Source: Candidatus Thorarchaeota archaeon
GTDB lineage: Archaea > Asgardarchaeota > Thorarchaeia > Thorarchaeales > Thorarchaeaceae
Assembly: GCA_963726195.1 (NCBI GenBank)
Contig: CAVSBO010000003.1
Location: 160,001 to 224,000, forward strand
Reading direction: 5' to 3'
DNA: 64,000 nt
Shown here: positions 50,823 to 61,750 of the stretch, piece by piece
Layout: every line of letters starts with the position of its first letter
Numbering within the stretch: position 1 is the first letter of the stretch
Notes under the pieces: generated by a model
What the model saw: only the letters and a program-made list of their open reading frames with translations
Databases searched by the model: none
Told to the model about the DNA's origin: nothing
Position numbers and translations under genes: made by a program

Positions 50823-52211
50823 CTAGCGAGGTTCAGGTCTTGCTGACAGGCTTTTCACAGCTGTGTACATGGGACTGATACGGGTTTTCCACTTTGCCAG
50901 GTCCTTGGGAGAATCGGGATACTCCGAATAGACCCTCTGGGCTTGGTTCATCAAGTCAGAGACCTTGGCCAGCTGCATCAAAAGCGGAACCTTCCCGAGC
51001 CCGGACATCAGGCGCCTCACCTTCTCTGGCTTGCTCATCTTTATGTTGCCGGTCATGCTGGCAGCAAGCAAATCGTCTGCTTTGATGATTTCTTTCTTGA
51101 AGCCGAAATTGATCTCCTCGTTCGTGATTCCAACGAGAAACCATCTGAATATGTCCAGTGAGGCTTGCTTGAGTCCGTAGCTCTCCAAATATCTTCGATT
51201 GTATGGCCACAGTCCTCTCACGGATGTGTCTCTGCTCTCAAGAGCCTCACACGCCGTGACTCCTGCGTGGACGCCTCCTAGCATAGACGAACCAATTCCG
51301 CCTCCGTGAACCGGGTTCACCTGACAAGCAGCGTCGCCGACAACCATGAAATTGTCGTCGACCATCGTATCCATCGGCCGCCGAACCGGGGCTATGCCGC
51401 CGCCAGTGTCAACCGTCTTGATCTTGGTTTTCATGAAATCCCAAGATGTCTTTACGAAGTTGTTGAAAACCTCCTGCGGTGTCTTGTGGCCCTCCAAGGT
51501 CATGAACCCGACACCCACATTCACCCTGTTCTTGCCTTGGGGGAAGACCCATGTGTAACCACCACGAGTCTGCTGCTGGTCGTAGAAAATCTCTAGGTTC
51601 TCAGGGTGATCAAAGTCATAATCGGGAGTTTCATAGATATCTCGCCAAGCGACCATCATGTCCTCCTTGGCTACTTCTCTTTCAATCATGGTGCTGTCTG
51701 GCAGTTGGCGACGCAATAGTCCACTTGCCCCTGTAGCGTCAACAACGATTCTGGCTGTGAGTTGTTTATCCGAACCGTCAGCTTCGACTGTCAAGCCGCA
51801 TGGCTTACCATCATCAAACTTGAGCTTCTTGACACGGGTTGAGGCCACTACCTCCACCCCGGCCTTCTCAGCCAACGACACGAGCCACTGTCCCATCTTG
51901 TGCCTATTGAAGGAATAGCCCTTCACAGTCGGGCCAGCCATTCGCATCCTGTGTTCGCGGTCTGGAGCGATGAGATCGATGCTTGTCACGTCGTGTTCTA
52001 TGATGTCGCGTGGCATCTTGGGAAAAGCCACCAATCGTTCCAGTTCTAACAAGTGGTGACCACCAAGTGCGTCACCACAGGTCTTGTGCCCTATCTCATC
52101 TCTCTCTTTCTTGTCTATAAGAAGCACAGAGACCCCATGCTTCGCAGCCGTGTAAGCTGTGGTTGTACCAGCCGTACCCGCGCCTGCGACGATGATGTCG
52201 TAGTCGACCAT
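50823..52211 (-). CDS. Digeranylgeranylglycerophospholipid reductase-family FAD oxidoreductase
   Basis: GAGTAG, KTCGDA, DATG, GYTWVFP, VGDAACQVNPVHGGGIG. Confidence 0.9.
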   Translation of the reverse strand: MVDYDIIVAGAGTAGTTTAYTAAKHGVSVLLIDKKERDEIGHKTCGDALGGHHLLELERLVAFPKMPRDIIEHDVTSIDLIAPDREHRMRMAGPTVKGYSFNRHKMGQWLVSLAEKAGVEVVASTRVKKLKFDDGKPCGLTVEADGSDKQLTARIVVDATGASGLLRRQLPDSTMIEREVAKEDMMVAWRDIYETPDYDFDHPENLEIFYDQQQTRGGYTWVFPQGKNRVNVGVGFMTLEGHKTPQEVFNNFVKTSWDFMKTKIKTVDTGGGIAPVRRPMDTMVDDNFMVVGDAACQVNPVHGGGIGSSMLGGVHAGVTACEALESRDTSVRGLWPYNRRYLESYGLKQASLDIFRWFLVGITNEEINFGFKKEIIKADDLLAASMTGNIKMSKPEKVRRLMSGLGKVPLLMQLAKVSDLMNQAQRVYSEYPDSPKDLAKWKTRISPMYTAVKSLSARPEPR

Positions 52212-52307
52212 TGCACGTAAGCACCTTGTAGGTTCTGCCATGATTCACTGCGCATCGAGACGTGAATGACGGCGTTCTCTCCGAGCTGAAATCTGTTGGG
52301 GAGGAAT

Positions 52308-53255
52308 TCATTCCCGCTTAAGGCCTTTCTGCATAGCAAAGCCCGTGAGAATCTCCTTCACGACATCCCGTGCGGCCACCGCGGTCACATCGCCCTTGTC
52401 AACCATTGGATTGAACTCCACCACGTCTGCGTATCTCACCTTTCCTGTCGAGAACACGCTTCGCAGCAGGCTGACCAGCTGGGCCATGTCAAGGCCGCCC
52501 GATTCAGGATGCCCGACTCCCGGAACAATCTCAGGGTGTAGAATGTCAAGGTCGATAGAGACGTAGAGAACTTCTGTTCTGTCTGCTATCTTCTGCGCGG
52601 CTTTCTGGAAAGAGTCGGTTGTGTGATATTGGACTCTATTGGTACCGGAGAGTTCCATTCTCTGTTCGCTAAGAGCGGACCTCACATCATATGCGAGAAC
52701 GTCTTCAACGCGGACCAAGCCGGCATCCACGATTCTCCTCAAGGATGTTGCATGGGAAAGCTGGTATCCCCCGTAATCAAGATAGAAGTCTGCATGTGCA
52801 TCGAGCCAGACGAGACCGTACTTACCTTGGCGGCCTCGCTTGAGTCCTTTCACCAATGGGTAAGTAATGAAATGGTCACCCCCAAGGAATAGCAGGAAGC
52901 TCCGACGCCGGGCAAGCTTCTGTGCTGCGTCAGATATATCGTACATCGCTGCTTCTGGCATTCTAGTAGTGACCTCAAGGTCGCCTATGTCTTCGAGGGT
53001 AAGGACCTCGGACAGGAACCTCTGTTCTGGACTTGGAGAATCGCCAATGGTGAGCGGAGTACTATGCGATCTTTCACCGGTCGTCGCACGCCGAATGGCA
53101 TCAGGACCAAAACGACACCCCGGGAGATAGCTTGAGGTCAGATCGTAGGGGACTCCCAAGACTCCCACATCGGGCTCGCCCTCTGCGGGTGCAGGGATGT
53201 GGAAGAATGACTCAGGGAGCTTCAGAAATCCGCTGAGTTCCTTCCTGAGAGACAT
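52308..53255 (-). CDS. speB: Agmatinase / ureohydrolase
   Basis: GVPYD, GCRFGP, GGDHFIT, DAHAD, SIDLD, PGVGHPE.GG, DVVEFNP. Confidence 0.88.
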   Translation of the reverse strand: MSLRKELSGFLKLPESFFHIPAPAEGEPDVGVLGVPYDLTSSYLPGCRFGPDAIRRATTGERSHSTPLTIGDSPSPEQRFLSEVLTLEDIGDLEVTTRMPEAAMYDISDAAQKLARRRSFLLFLGGDHFITYPLVKGLKRGRQGKYGLVWLDAHADFYLDYGGYQLSHATSLRRIVDAGLVRVEDVLAYDVRSALSEQRMELSGTNRVQYHTTDSFQKAAQKIADRTEVLYVSIDLDILHPEIVPGVGHPESGGLDMAQLVSLLRSVFSTGKVRYADVVEFNPMVDKGDVTAVAARDVVKEILTGFAMQKGLKRE

Positions 53256-53358
53256 AATAGTTGACCCTCGACCTCAGATTCTTCATAGATTAATCATGTC
53301 ATATAGCAAAGCTGGAGTCAGTGGCCGCTCCCGGTTGCACGGAAGCAGCCTCTGAGTA

Positions 53359-54976
53359 CTACACCTGATATGTCGGAGCACTCGGTTGTCTCTTCACGAG
53401 TTTGAAGACCTGCCATACGCCTCCGAGCGCTATCAGGGCGACTATGACTCCAGACAGGGGCATGCCATCAGATATTATGCGCAACAATGCGTTCCCGATA
53501 TTGGTTGTCACCGCGAATCCATCATCCGGCGAGTACTTTGTGTAACCAGTGCTATTGAATGTGTAATGCAGAACTGCCCCTGGAAATGTGTACGTCCCTT
53601 CATTTCGGAAGGTCACGGTGTACGCAATGGATGTGGTCTCACTAGGAGCTAGTGAGGAAACGAAAGCACTCGTGGTGCCGGATACATTGAGCGTCTTGTA
53701 GTATCCCAAGAAACCTCTGTCAGTGAGATTGAGACTTGTGATCGGTGACGTACCCTTGTTGGTCACAGTGACCGTGACTTGCGTTTGCCCACCGATACCT
53801 GTCGTGGTCGGAGAAAAGACCCTCTGAACCGTAATCAGAGGAGGGAACTGTCCAGCCGTGAAATGCAGAACATAGTCGCTCTGTTCTCCGAAAGCGGTCG
53901 CGTTCCAGAGAACCAATTGAGACACGTTGTCGTAGAATGACCAGTTGACATGCTCGGGCGTGTAAGATACGATCGGAACGCTGCTGGGCATATTGGCAAC
54001 AACAATCGACATGCCCTGAGATAGTGGCTTGAATGTCGTAGCTCCAATTAGAGAACCAATGCTCAAATCTGTCGTTGTCGATGAGACAACCTGATTCCCG
54101 ATGTAGCCCACGGCTGCAACAGCAATTGGACCGGAAAGACTGGGCATCTGTGACAACGCAAAGGGGCCGACCCCACCCATGGTTGAATTGAACAATCCGA
54201 GGAGCTCAGCAATATCAGGTATAGCCACAAGAACCGCCCCAGACGCACGGGCAGATTCGAAAATCGTCTTGTTGAATGAACTGAGAAAGCCGCCTTGGTT
54301 CATCACGCTCAGAACGGCATCCACCAACGGGCCGAACGCGTTGGTCACTTGATAGATGTAAAGGTCAAGCGACGTGAACGGTAGCGTGATGTTTGGAAGT
54401 CAGGCTCTGATCAACTCTGAGCTGGAACAAGGGTGAGAAGCCGAAGCCGAACGCCGTTTGCAGATGTCCAGCGATAGCCGACATCCTCTGTGCCGAGACT
54501 TGCTGATCAAGGTTGACAAAGCCTGCAATCATGAGGTTGAACTCGGTGCCCAGATATCCCAATCAGCTGATTGGGGTTAAAGGTGCTTGTCCCTTGCATG
54601 GGTGTAAAGCTGCTGATTGAAAGGGGACCTGACGAGCCGGAGATGTTGCCGAAAAGTGTTAGCAGGTAGTTCAGCATTTGTCCGTGTACTCCAGCGAGCG
54701 CCATCACTAGGCACCCGTCATACATGTCCGAGCTGAGCTGCACTCACTAGACGGCATCCCGAGCTGAGCATAGACAACCGCGGGCACACCGTCTCGATCG
54801 ATACTGCTGTACACCAGTTCGGCTCCATTCGTAAAGAGAACCTGAATGAACTGGTCGGGATTGAATCCCTGTGCGGGTGTGTACTTCGCTCCCTGTGGAC
54901 TTGCAGCAGCCACAGGGACTATTGCCAGAAAGACTACAAGAGCAATTGTGGCAACGTGCTTGTGTATAATCCTCAT
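53359..54976 (-). CDS. Secreted C-terminally anchored surface protein with Ig-like domain (three frameshifts near 54740, 54560, 54380)
   Basis: Signal peptide; consecutive overlapping protein-like ORFs; VTVTVTN.G...D Ig domain; TM plus short tail. Confidence 0.65.
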
Positions 54977-54983
54977 TTTCCAT

Positions 54984-55550
54984 TCACTCCTTCTTTCGGA
55001 TAGTCGCGCCTATGATCGCTGCAACCGTCACGACAATCAGCGGCGTTAGGAACCATACTAGTACTGGAACTAATATGGCCGCCAAGTTGATACTACCGCC
55101 ACCGCCTGAAATCAGACCGAGCAGACTACCGATGGCGGACTGAATCAAGGGAATCGAAAGGATGTAAACCAGAGACTGGCCCGGAGGTATCGGAGGGAGA
55201 GAGCCGAAGTTCAAACCGCTGGTAAAAAGCTGAAAGGCACAAAACGCCGTCATACCGAGAAAGCACAACCAAGTCAATAGGCCCACGACAAAAGCGCCAG
55301 CTTTCTTGCCGGCGATCATTCCACCTACAAGCCCTGCAACCGCCCACACAGCTACCATTGTCAGATTGCTCAGTGGGTTCACAAGTAGCGTGTTTACCAT
55401 TACCATGGTTGGCCGGACGTAATTCCCGAGTTCGGGCCCCAACCAAGCTATTAGCGTCTCGTAGCCAATAGGCAGCAAGTACCAGCTACAAATGAGTACA
55501 ATGCTGACACATGCTAACCATCCGAAGTACTTAGAGCCAAAAGCGGTGAT
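54984..55550 (-). CDS. Hypothetical membrane protein (probable ATC start)
   Basis: AGGAGGT SD 7 nt before ATC; frame includes an extra TM (FGWLACVSIVLICSWYLL) upstream of the first TTG. Confidence 0.7.
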   Translation of the reverse strand: MTAFGSKYFGWLACVSIVLICSWYLLPIGYETLIAWLGPELGNYVRPTMVMVNTLLVNPLSNLTMVAVWAVAGLVGGMIAGKKAGAFVVGLLTWLCFLGMTAFCAFQLFTSGLNFGSLPPIPPGQSLVYILSIPLIQSAIGSLLGLISGGGGSINLAAILVPVLVWFLTPLIVVTVAAIIGATIRKKE

Positions 55551-55820
55551 ATTATGGACCTCCTGCTACAACTGCACAGTCTCTGATAGCAGGGGGTTCT
55601 TCACTATTAACCGTTGTGTGGTTTTCCCCCCACTCTTGCGTCTCTCAATGATTAAATGAGAAGAGATATGGACAGTCCGCGCCCAGAGCAATGCGCTGGC
55701 CGCGGTCATGGGGGAAGACAGAGTACAGGCACGCCCGAATTCTGTTTTGTTCGACACAACAATGAGAATACCAGGTCAACAACGACCAACTGCACCAGAG
55801 AACCATACACATGGCTCGCG

Positions 55821-56331
55821 CTATGCCACTTGCGAATGCATAAGAAGAGCACAGGTCGCTCTTGCCTCACCGCTCTGTTCAGTCGCAGGTTCAGCCTTCC
55901 CAACGGGCTTCTGCTCAGCGACAATCCTTGCTTCGACAGAAAGTATTGCACCTACCCAGCCGAGGGACTGTGCAATCTGAAAAGTGAGGTTCAGAATCGG
56001 GTCGTGAGCCATCACTGACTGAACGAGACTCATCAGGAGTCCGGCAATTCCCGTGGCCACCATAACCAATACGATCTTTCGCCCTCAGCTCGACTCGATG
56101 AGTAGTCAAGACAAGCCCTCCGGCTATGACTCCGATACCGCCAAGGCACGTCAGGACAGCAAGAATGCCCATGACAATTTCGAATGTCACCACGAAGTCG
56201 GGCCCAAACAAATGGGACAAGTCGTCGACCATCGTGCCAACGACAGCTATCGTTCCACTTGCAGCTGAGGATATGAGTAGGGCGCCGCCCGCTATACAAA
56301 GGAGGAGGGACGTTCTATTATGCATCTGCAT
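55821..56331 (-). CDS. Hypothetical 4-TM membrane protein, frameshift near 56085
   Basis: ORFs 55915-56331 and 55821-56069 join (LTTHRVEL/GRKIVLVMVATG). Confidence 0.65.
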
Positions 56332-56410
56332 CAGGCGTTCTCATCTCCTGACCTCGGGATTTAAGGCTTCTTTGACGACTATACTACAGGAACTCCCACG
56401 GTTATGACCG

Positions 56411-57367
56411 CTAGGTCGTGGCTTCCTTTTGGTAGGGCACGCCGACAGCCTTGGGTGGGATTGACCTCCTGATGACTCCTAGCGCCACAACCACAAGAAC
56501 GTAGGGAATCATCGCTATGAAATCGAGGTAGAGACCAACGCCGGGTATGTTGAGAATTTGAATTGTGTTCTGGAGACCATTTAGGAACCCGAAGAAGGTT
56601 CCTGCCAGGAGGCATCCAATTGGTGTCCAGTTTCCAAATATGAGCGCGGCTAACGCGATGAAACCACGGCCTGAGGTCATCAGCTTGCCGAAAGTGTTCA
56701 GGAAACTGATTGAAAGGTATGCACCTGCAAGTCCAGCCATGCAACCGCTAATCAATACTCCGAGCCACCGCATTCTGTCGACACTCACCCCTGCGGTGTC
56801 TAGGGTACTGGGATCCTCCCCAGCTGCCCTGAGCCTCAGCCCGAATGGAGTGTGGTAAAGAACATAATAGCAGAGCACAACCGCGACGAACATCAGGTAG
56901 ATGATTGGAGAAAGCTCGCCAAAAGCAGTGCCGAGAACAGGAATATTGCCGAGAATCGGGGTCAACGCGACGTTCGGAATAGATGGGACAGTAGGTGATA
57001 CGCCCTGTTGATTCCAGACGACTTTCAACATCACCGTTGTAAACCCTTGTGCGAAGAGTATCACACCGGTGCCACTTACAATTTGGTTTCCCTTGAATGT
57101 GACCGACACCAACGCATGCACAGATGCGAGCAAACCTCCTGCTCCCATACCAGCAAGCAGTCCAATCCAGGGGTTCAGAGTGTACCAACTAATAGCGGCA
57201 GCAGCAAACGCTCCAATCAACATCATACCTTCAAGACCAATGTTGACAACGCCGGACCTCTCCGAGAACATGCCGCCCAGAGCTGTAAGAACCAGTGGTG
57301 TTGACCACTCAAGAGTGGTTCGGATTAGCCAACCTATGAGATCAGGTGAAAGAGCAAGTTGCATCAT
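56411..57367 (-). CDS. Nucleoside-type ABC transporter permease
   Basis: SERSGVVNIGLEG, GLRLRAAGE, GRGFIALAALIFG. Confidence 0.92.
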   Translation of the reverse strand: MMQLALSPDLIGWLIRTTLEWSTPLVLTALGGMFSERSGVVNIGLEGMMLIGAFAAAAISWYTLNPWIGLLAGMGAGGLLASVHALVSVTFKGNQIVSGTGVILFAQGFTTVMLKVVWNQQGVSPTVPSIPNVALTPILGNIPVLGTAFGELSPIIYLMFVAVVLCYYVLYHTPFGLRLRAAGEDPSTLDTAGVSVDRMRWLGVLISGCMAGLAGAYLSISFLNTFGKLMTSGRGFIALAALIFGNWTPIGCLLAGTFFGFLNGLQNTIQILNIPGVGLYLDFIAMIPYVLVVVALGVIRRSIPPKAVGVPYQKEATT

Positions 57368-58851
57368 ATCTGAATTCCACCTCCTGTTGGAGTGGTATAT
57401 GTAGCCCAAACGAACGATAGAGCAATTGCGGTGCCAGCGAAGAACATGAGAATTGAAGCGGCAAAGAGTGCGCCCCCGGAGAATAGCAAGTCGACGGCAG
57501 CAGGGGCGAGCCAGGTTGTTGTCAACGCATAGTGCAAAGCAAAAACATGATGCCGACTAAACGCATACACGAAAACTGATGATATGTTGGCGATTGCCAC
57601 AAAAAGGAAACAAACACTCAAGGAGACATTGAGCATTCCGAACATAGAGTAGGCTAGTGAAAGAAGCGCGCTTCCAACTCCGAAGAACAAAGCTACAAGG
57701 TTCCACATTTTCAAACCCAGGTGCTTCTTCATCCATGCCGCGTACTTGATGCTCTTCCTAGCGAACCAATCATTAAGCTGGGGCGCCGCCACAAAGATGA
57801 CAACCAGTCCCTGAATGACACCAATCATTTCAGGAGGGACATGCGCCACTGCGTTCATCCCAGTGCTTCCGGCCCTCAGACCACCAAAGAAAAGCGCAGC
57901 CAAGAGACAACCAACAGGATGATTCCGCCCGAGAACTGCAACAGTTACTCCGTCAAACCCAAGGCCCGATGACCAGTGGTCGATGAATCGATGGTATGTA
58001 CCAAGTACCTCCTCTGAACCAGCTAGCCCAGCAAGAGCGCCGCTTAGGGCCAAGGCCAAAACCATCTTCGTGCGAGCGTTTATCCCAGCGGTCTCAGCTG
58101 CCTCCCTGTTGAATCCGACAGCTCTCATCTCATAGCCAAGCACAGTTCTATTGATTAGAAAGTAAACGGCCACAACGGCAAGGAGCGAAACGACTATTCC
58201 CAAGTGGAGCTGACCAAAGAACTTCGGTAAGATGGCTGTCGGCAATATCGGGGGTGTTCGGTTGACCGGGTTCAATTGATTTGGTTCTATCAAAGGATAG
58301 GTAGCAAGCCACGATGTGAAGAGAATCGCAGTGTAGCTTAGCATCATCGTAGTCACAACCTCGTGCGCCCCACGGTATGCCTTGAGAAAGCCTGGTATAG
58401 CGCCCCAAACGGCACCAGCCAGAGCACCGAGTGCGAGACAGACTATAGGGTGAACGAATATAGGCAAGGCAACGGCATAGCCTATGATAGCAGCCACAAT
58501 CGACCCCATGTACACTTGGCCCTCAGCCCCGATGTTGAACAAGCCGCATTTGAAGGCCAATGCGACAGAGAGTCCGGTCAATATTAGAGGAGTGGTGTAG
58601 AAGAGTGTGAGGTCAGGCTGACGCAGCATACCGCTTAGAAGCGCCGAGTAAGCCACAAGTGGATTGTAGCCCGACAAAAGCATCATGAACGCGCCGAGGA
58701 CCAAGGACATGATGATTGAGATAATTGCCCAGACAATTGGCTTCCAGAATGCCCATGTTCCCATTTGCTGCAGTGTTGTGTCAAGCCATGTTCCCAAAGA
58801 GGCTCCTGCTTCAGAGAGCTTGTTATGACCATTTTCTGATTCGCCCAACAT
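57364..58851 (-). CDS. Nucleoside-type ABC transporter permease with extra C-terminal TMs
   Basis: LFNIGAEGQ, HEVVTTMML, GYEMRAVG, GFDGVTVAVLG. Confidence 0.92.
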   Translation of the reverse strand: MLGESENGHNKLSEAGASLGTWLDTTLQQMGTWAFWKPIVWAIISIIMSLVLGAFMMLLSGYNPLVAYSALLSGMLRQPDLTLFYTTPLILTGLSVALAFKCGLFNIGAEGQVYMGSIVAAIIGYAVALPIFVHPIVCLALGALAGAVWGAIPGFLKAYRGAHEVVTTMMLSYTAILFTSWLATYPLIEPNQLNPVNRTPPILPTAILPKFFGQLHLGIVVSLLAVVAVYFLINRTVLGYEMRAVGFNREAAETAGINARTKMVLALALSGALAGLAGSEEVLGTYHRFIDHWSSGLGFDGVTVAVLGRNHPVGCLLAALFFGGLRAGSTGMNAVAHVPPEMIGVIQGLVVIFVAAPQLNDWFARKSIKYAAWMKKHLGLKMWNLVALFFGVGSALLSLAYSMFGMLNVSLSVCFLFVAIANISSVFVYAFSRHHVFALHYALTTTWLAPAAVDLLFSGGALFAASILMFFAGTAIALSFVWATYTTPTGGGIQI

Positions 58852-60486
58852 TCATCGCTCCTGTCCTTCCGATGGGCTACTGTGACCCGCCATCAACAGT
58901 CCGAGTTCTTGAGCAGTCGTATCATGCGGTTCCTTCACGGCCACAATGTGGCCTGCGAACATAACCGCAATCCTGTCCGAGAGGCCCATGATTTCGTCTA
59001 ATTCGGTTGAAACGAGCAATATGGCAACACCAGTGCCTCTCATCGTGACAAGGGCTTTGTGAATGTACTCTGTGGCCCCAACGTCGAGCCCTCTCGTGGG
59101 TTGAGACGCAATGAGCAGCTTTGGAGCAGCAGCCAACTCACGTGCAACTATCATTTTTTGTTGGTTGCCTCCAGAGAGGGTTCCCGCAAGAGAGGAAACG
59201 GAGGCCACCTTGATGGAGTAATCCTCGACTAGAGCCTCCGCATACTCTCTTGTTCTATTCAGATCCAGCAGGCCGTCCATGGGACCCCAGGCGAAAGGCT
59301 TCTTCTGATGTCTGCCAAGCACCAAGTTCTCCTGAACAGTGAAAGGAAGAATGAGACCCTTCTTCTGCCTATCCTCAGGAATGTGACTGATCCCTGAGTC
59401 CCGAATCTTCCGAGGACTCTTGCGAGTGATATCCCTGCCATTGACGATAATGTGACCGCTTCTAGGCTTGCGGAGACCGACTATGGCTTCTACTAGTTCA
59501 GTCTGCCCATTCCCCTGAACGCCAGCGACGCCCAGAATCTCGCCCTCTCGCACTTCGAGCGACACTTCATAGACGGCTGTGAGTCCTCGCCTATCAGTCA
59601 CAACCAAATCACTCACTGACAAGACAACGGGCCCCGGTGCTCTAGGGGGTTTCTCAACAGTGAAAGAAACTGGTCGACCGACCATCATGCGGGCGAGCTC
59701 TTCTGGAGACGTCTGTTCCCTCTCGACTGTACCAACAAGCTCGCCATCACGCAGCACACTGATTCTGTCACAGAGAATCATCGGTTCGCGCAGTTTGTGT
59801 GTAATCAGAATTATGGTTTTGTGTTGATCTTTGAACTTGCCGAGTGTCACAAACAGCTCATCAACTTCTTGTGGCGTCAGAACAGAGGTCGGTTCATCTA
59901 AGATTAGTATGTCTGCCTCGCGATAGAGCGACTTGATAATTTCAGCTCTTTGCTGCAACCCTACCGACAGGTCCATGACTCGAGCTTTCGGCTCGATGTT
60001 CATTCCGTTCTCTTCCGATATCTGGAGGATTCTCTTCTCAGCTTTGGCGAAATCAATCGGGAATAGAAGACCCAGTGTTTTTCCCAACTTGTCGCCCGGA
60101 TGATACTCCGTTCCTCGGACGAAAACCCCGGTGGGTTCGAGCCCGAGCATGATGTTCTCAGCTACAGTAAGAGGAGGAATCAGTTTGAAATGCTGATGCA
60201 CCATGCCGACTCCTCTGATGATTGCATCCTGTGGAGAAGTCATCTCGACCTCTTCACCTTTGATTATGATCTCTCCGGAATCCTTGGTCAGTAGACCATA
60301 TAGGATGTTCATCAGAGTTGTCTTGCCAGCACCGTTCTCTCCTAGTAGCCCATGGACTTCGCCCCGCCTTATTCGCAGGGTCACGTCCTTGTTTGCATGA
60401 ACCCCGCCCGGAAAGGTCTTGTTTATGCCTAAGAGTTCAACTGCATATTCGGAAGATGCATTTGGACCGGCAGAGGAGACAACCAT
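58852..60486 (-). CDS. CUT2-family ABC ATPase (tandem NBD)
   Basis: GENGAGKT, LSVG, ILDEPT, LSGGNQQK, QPTRGLD. Confidence 0.95.
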   Translation of the reverse strand: MVVSSAGPNASSEYAVELLGINKTFPGGVHANKDVTLRIRRGEVHGLLGENGAGKTTLMNILYGLLTKDSGEIIIKGEEVEMTSPQDAIIRGVGMVHQHFKLIPPLTVAENIMLGLEPTGVFVRGTEYHPGDKLGKTLGLLFPIDFAKAEKRILQISEENGMNIEPKARVMDLSVGLQQRAEIIKSLYREADILILDEPTSVLTPQEVDELFVTLGKFKDQHKTIILITHKLREPMILCDRISVLRDGELVGTVEREQTSPEELARMMVGRPVSFTVEKPPRAPGPVVLSVSDLVVTDRRGLTAVYEVSLEVREGEILGVAGVQGNGQTELVEAIVGLRKPRSGHIIVNGRDITRKSPRKIRDSGISHIPEDRQKKGLILPFTVQENLVLGRHQKKPFAWGPMDGLLDLNRTREYAEALVEDYSIKVASVSSLAGTLSGGNQQKMIVARELAAAPKLLIASQPTRGLDVGATEYIHKALVTMRGTGVAILLVSTELDEIMGLSDRIAVMFAGHIVAVKEPHDTTAQELGLLMAGHSSPSEGQER

Positions 60487-60585
60487 GTCAACACCCGCCT
60501 TTGTTAGGAGTCGTTACGTGCGCATCAACTAGGTCTATTTAACAATAGAGGGTGAAATCCAACTATCTGTCGATCGCAAGAATGC

Positions 60586-60621
60586 AAAAGAAAACGAGGG
60601 GAGAGGGTCACTGACCCTCTC
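60586..60621 (-). terminator. Hairpin plus U-tract between the BMP and ATPase genes
   Basis: GAGAGGGTCA-C-TGACCCTCTC perfect inverted repeat followed on the minus strand by TTTTCTTTT. Confidence 0.65.
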
Positions 60622-60649
60622 GCCAGAGAATCGCTTGTACTTGCTCCGC

Positions 60650-61750
60650 CTAGTGGACCCAGTACTTGGTCGTCGGGACTGTCACGGTGCCTGCCTTGAT
60701 TTGGTTTCCGAGGGAGAAGACATAGGAGATGATACTGTCTGGGAGGTCGACCAACGTTGAGTTGTATTCGACTCCAACCATGTCATTTGCCAAGCTTCCT
60801 ATCTTCATACCAGCAGTCCAAGTGTCGGCATGTATGGCTGCGAACTGAGCGTAGATGGCTTTGTCGACTCTCTTCAGTGCCGAGGTCAATACGACACTCC
60901 ACGGTCCATGACCTGTTGTATTGGCAGCTACTGCCGCGGCGTTGATTCCCAAGTACATCTGTGGGCTGTCGACACCAATAGACCAGATTGGATGGGCTTT
61001 CGTGCCATTGGTAGCAACGGAGCTCTGAATGACTCCTAGACCTGAACGTCCGGCTGCAGCAAAGATGATGTCGCACCCAGCTGCATAATCTCCGTCAGCG
61101 AGGGACTTTCCTGCTGCAATATCAGCCCAGCCGTTTGTGTATCCGACCGTGACGTTGATACCAGGATGGCTCTTGTTCGCGCCCCAAACGAATCCGGCAC
61201 AGAACGCGTTGATGAGCGGGATGTCCATGCCACCAACGAAACCAGTCTTATTCGTCTTGGTCATCAATCCTGCAATTGCACCGACAAGGGCTGAGCTCTC
61301 CTGAGCATTGAACAAGAGAGATGCCACTTGAGGATAGAGCGTCTCATTGACGTACATATCCACGATTGCAAAGCGTTGGTGAGTGAATTCCGCAGCTACT
61401 GTCTGGAGAGCAGTTGCCTGATCAAAGCCTATGGATATGATCAGTTTGTAGGGGTCTGCCCACTCTGAATGAAGTGCGAAGGCTCGGATGTATCCCTCAT
61501 ATTGAGATATGTCCGTCGGCTCCACATACGTGAAGTTCATGCCAAAATCCGCTTTCGCTTCAGTGGCGCCCCTGTAGCAGCCGTCGTTGAATGACTTGTC
61601 TCCAAGTCCTCCAGTTGCGAATACTATCGCAACATCATACGGGTTCTTGGGCGCTGGCGGTGTGAGTAGGATGTAGGCACCTACACCAGCCACAGCGATA
61701 ATGACGATAACGACAGCACCCAAGAACGTCTTAGAACTACTTGAGCTCAA
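60650..61750 (-). CDS. BMP family nucleoside-binding protein, N-terminal TM anchor
   Basis: GGLGDKSFND, GFVGGM, DIIFAAAG.SG.G, IGVDS, SALKRVD. Confidence 0.93.
   Translation of the reverse strand: MSSSSSKTFLGAVVIVIIAVAGVGAYILLTPPAPKNPYDVAIVFATGGLGDKSFNDGCYRGATEAKADFGMNFTYVEPTDISQYEGYIRAFALHSEWADPYKLIISIGFDQATALQTVAAEFTHQRFAIVDMYVNETLYPQVASLLFNAQESSALVGAIAGLMTKTNKTGFVGGMDIPLINAFCAGFVWGANKSHPGINVTVGYTNGWADIAAGKSLADGDYAAGCDIIFAAAGRSGLGVIQSSVATNGTKAHPIWSIGVDSPQMYLGINAAAVAANTTGHGPWSVVLTSALKRVDKAIYAQFAAIHADTWTAGMKIGSLANDMVGVEYNSTLVDLPDSIISYVFSLGNQIKAGTVTVPTTKYWVH

Noticed and set aside
55566-55820. Small ORFs between two membrane genes
   Set aside because: No convincing start or homology; possibly a decayed fragment
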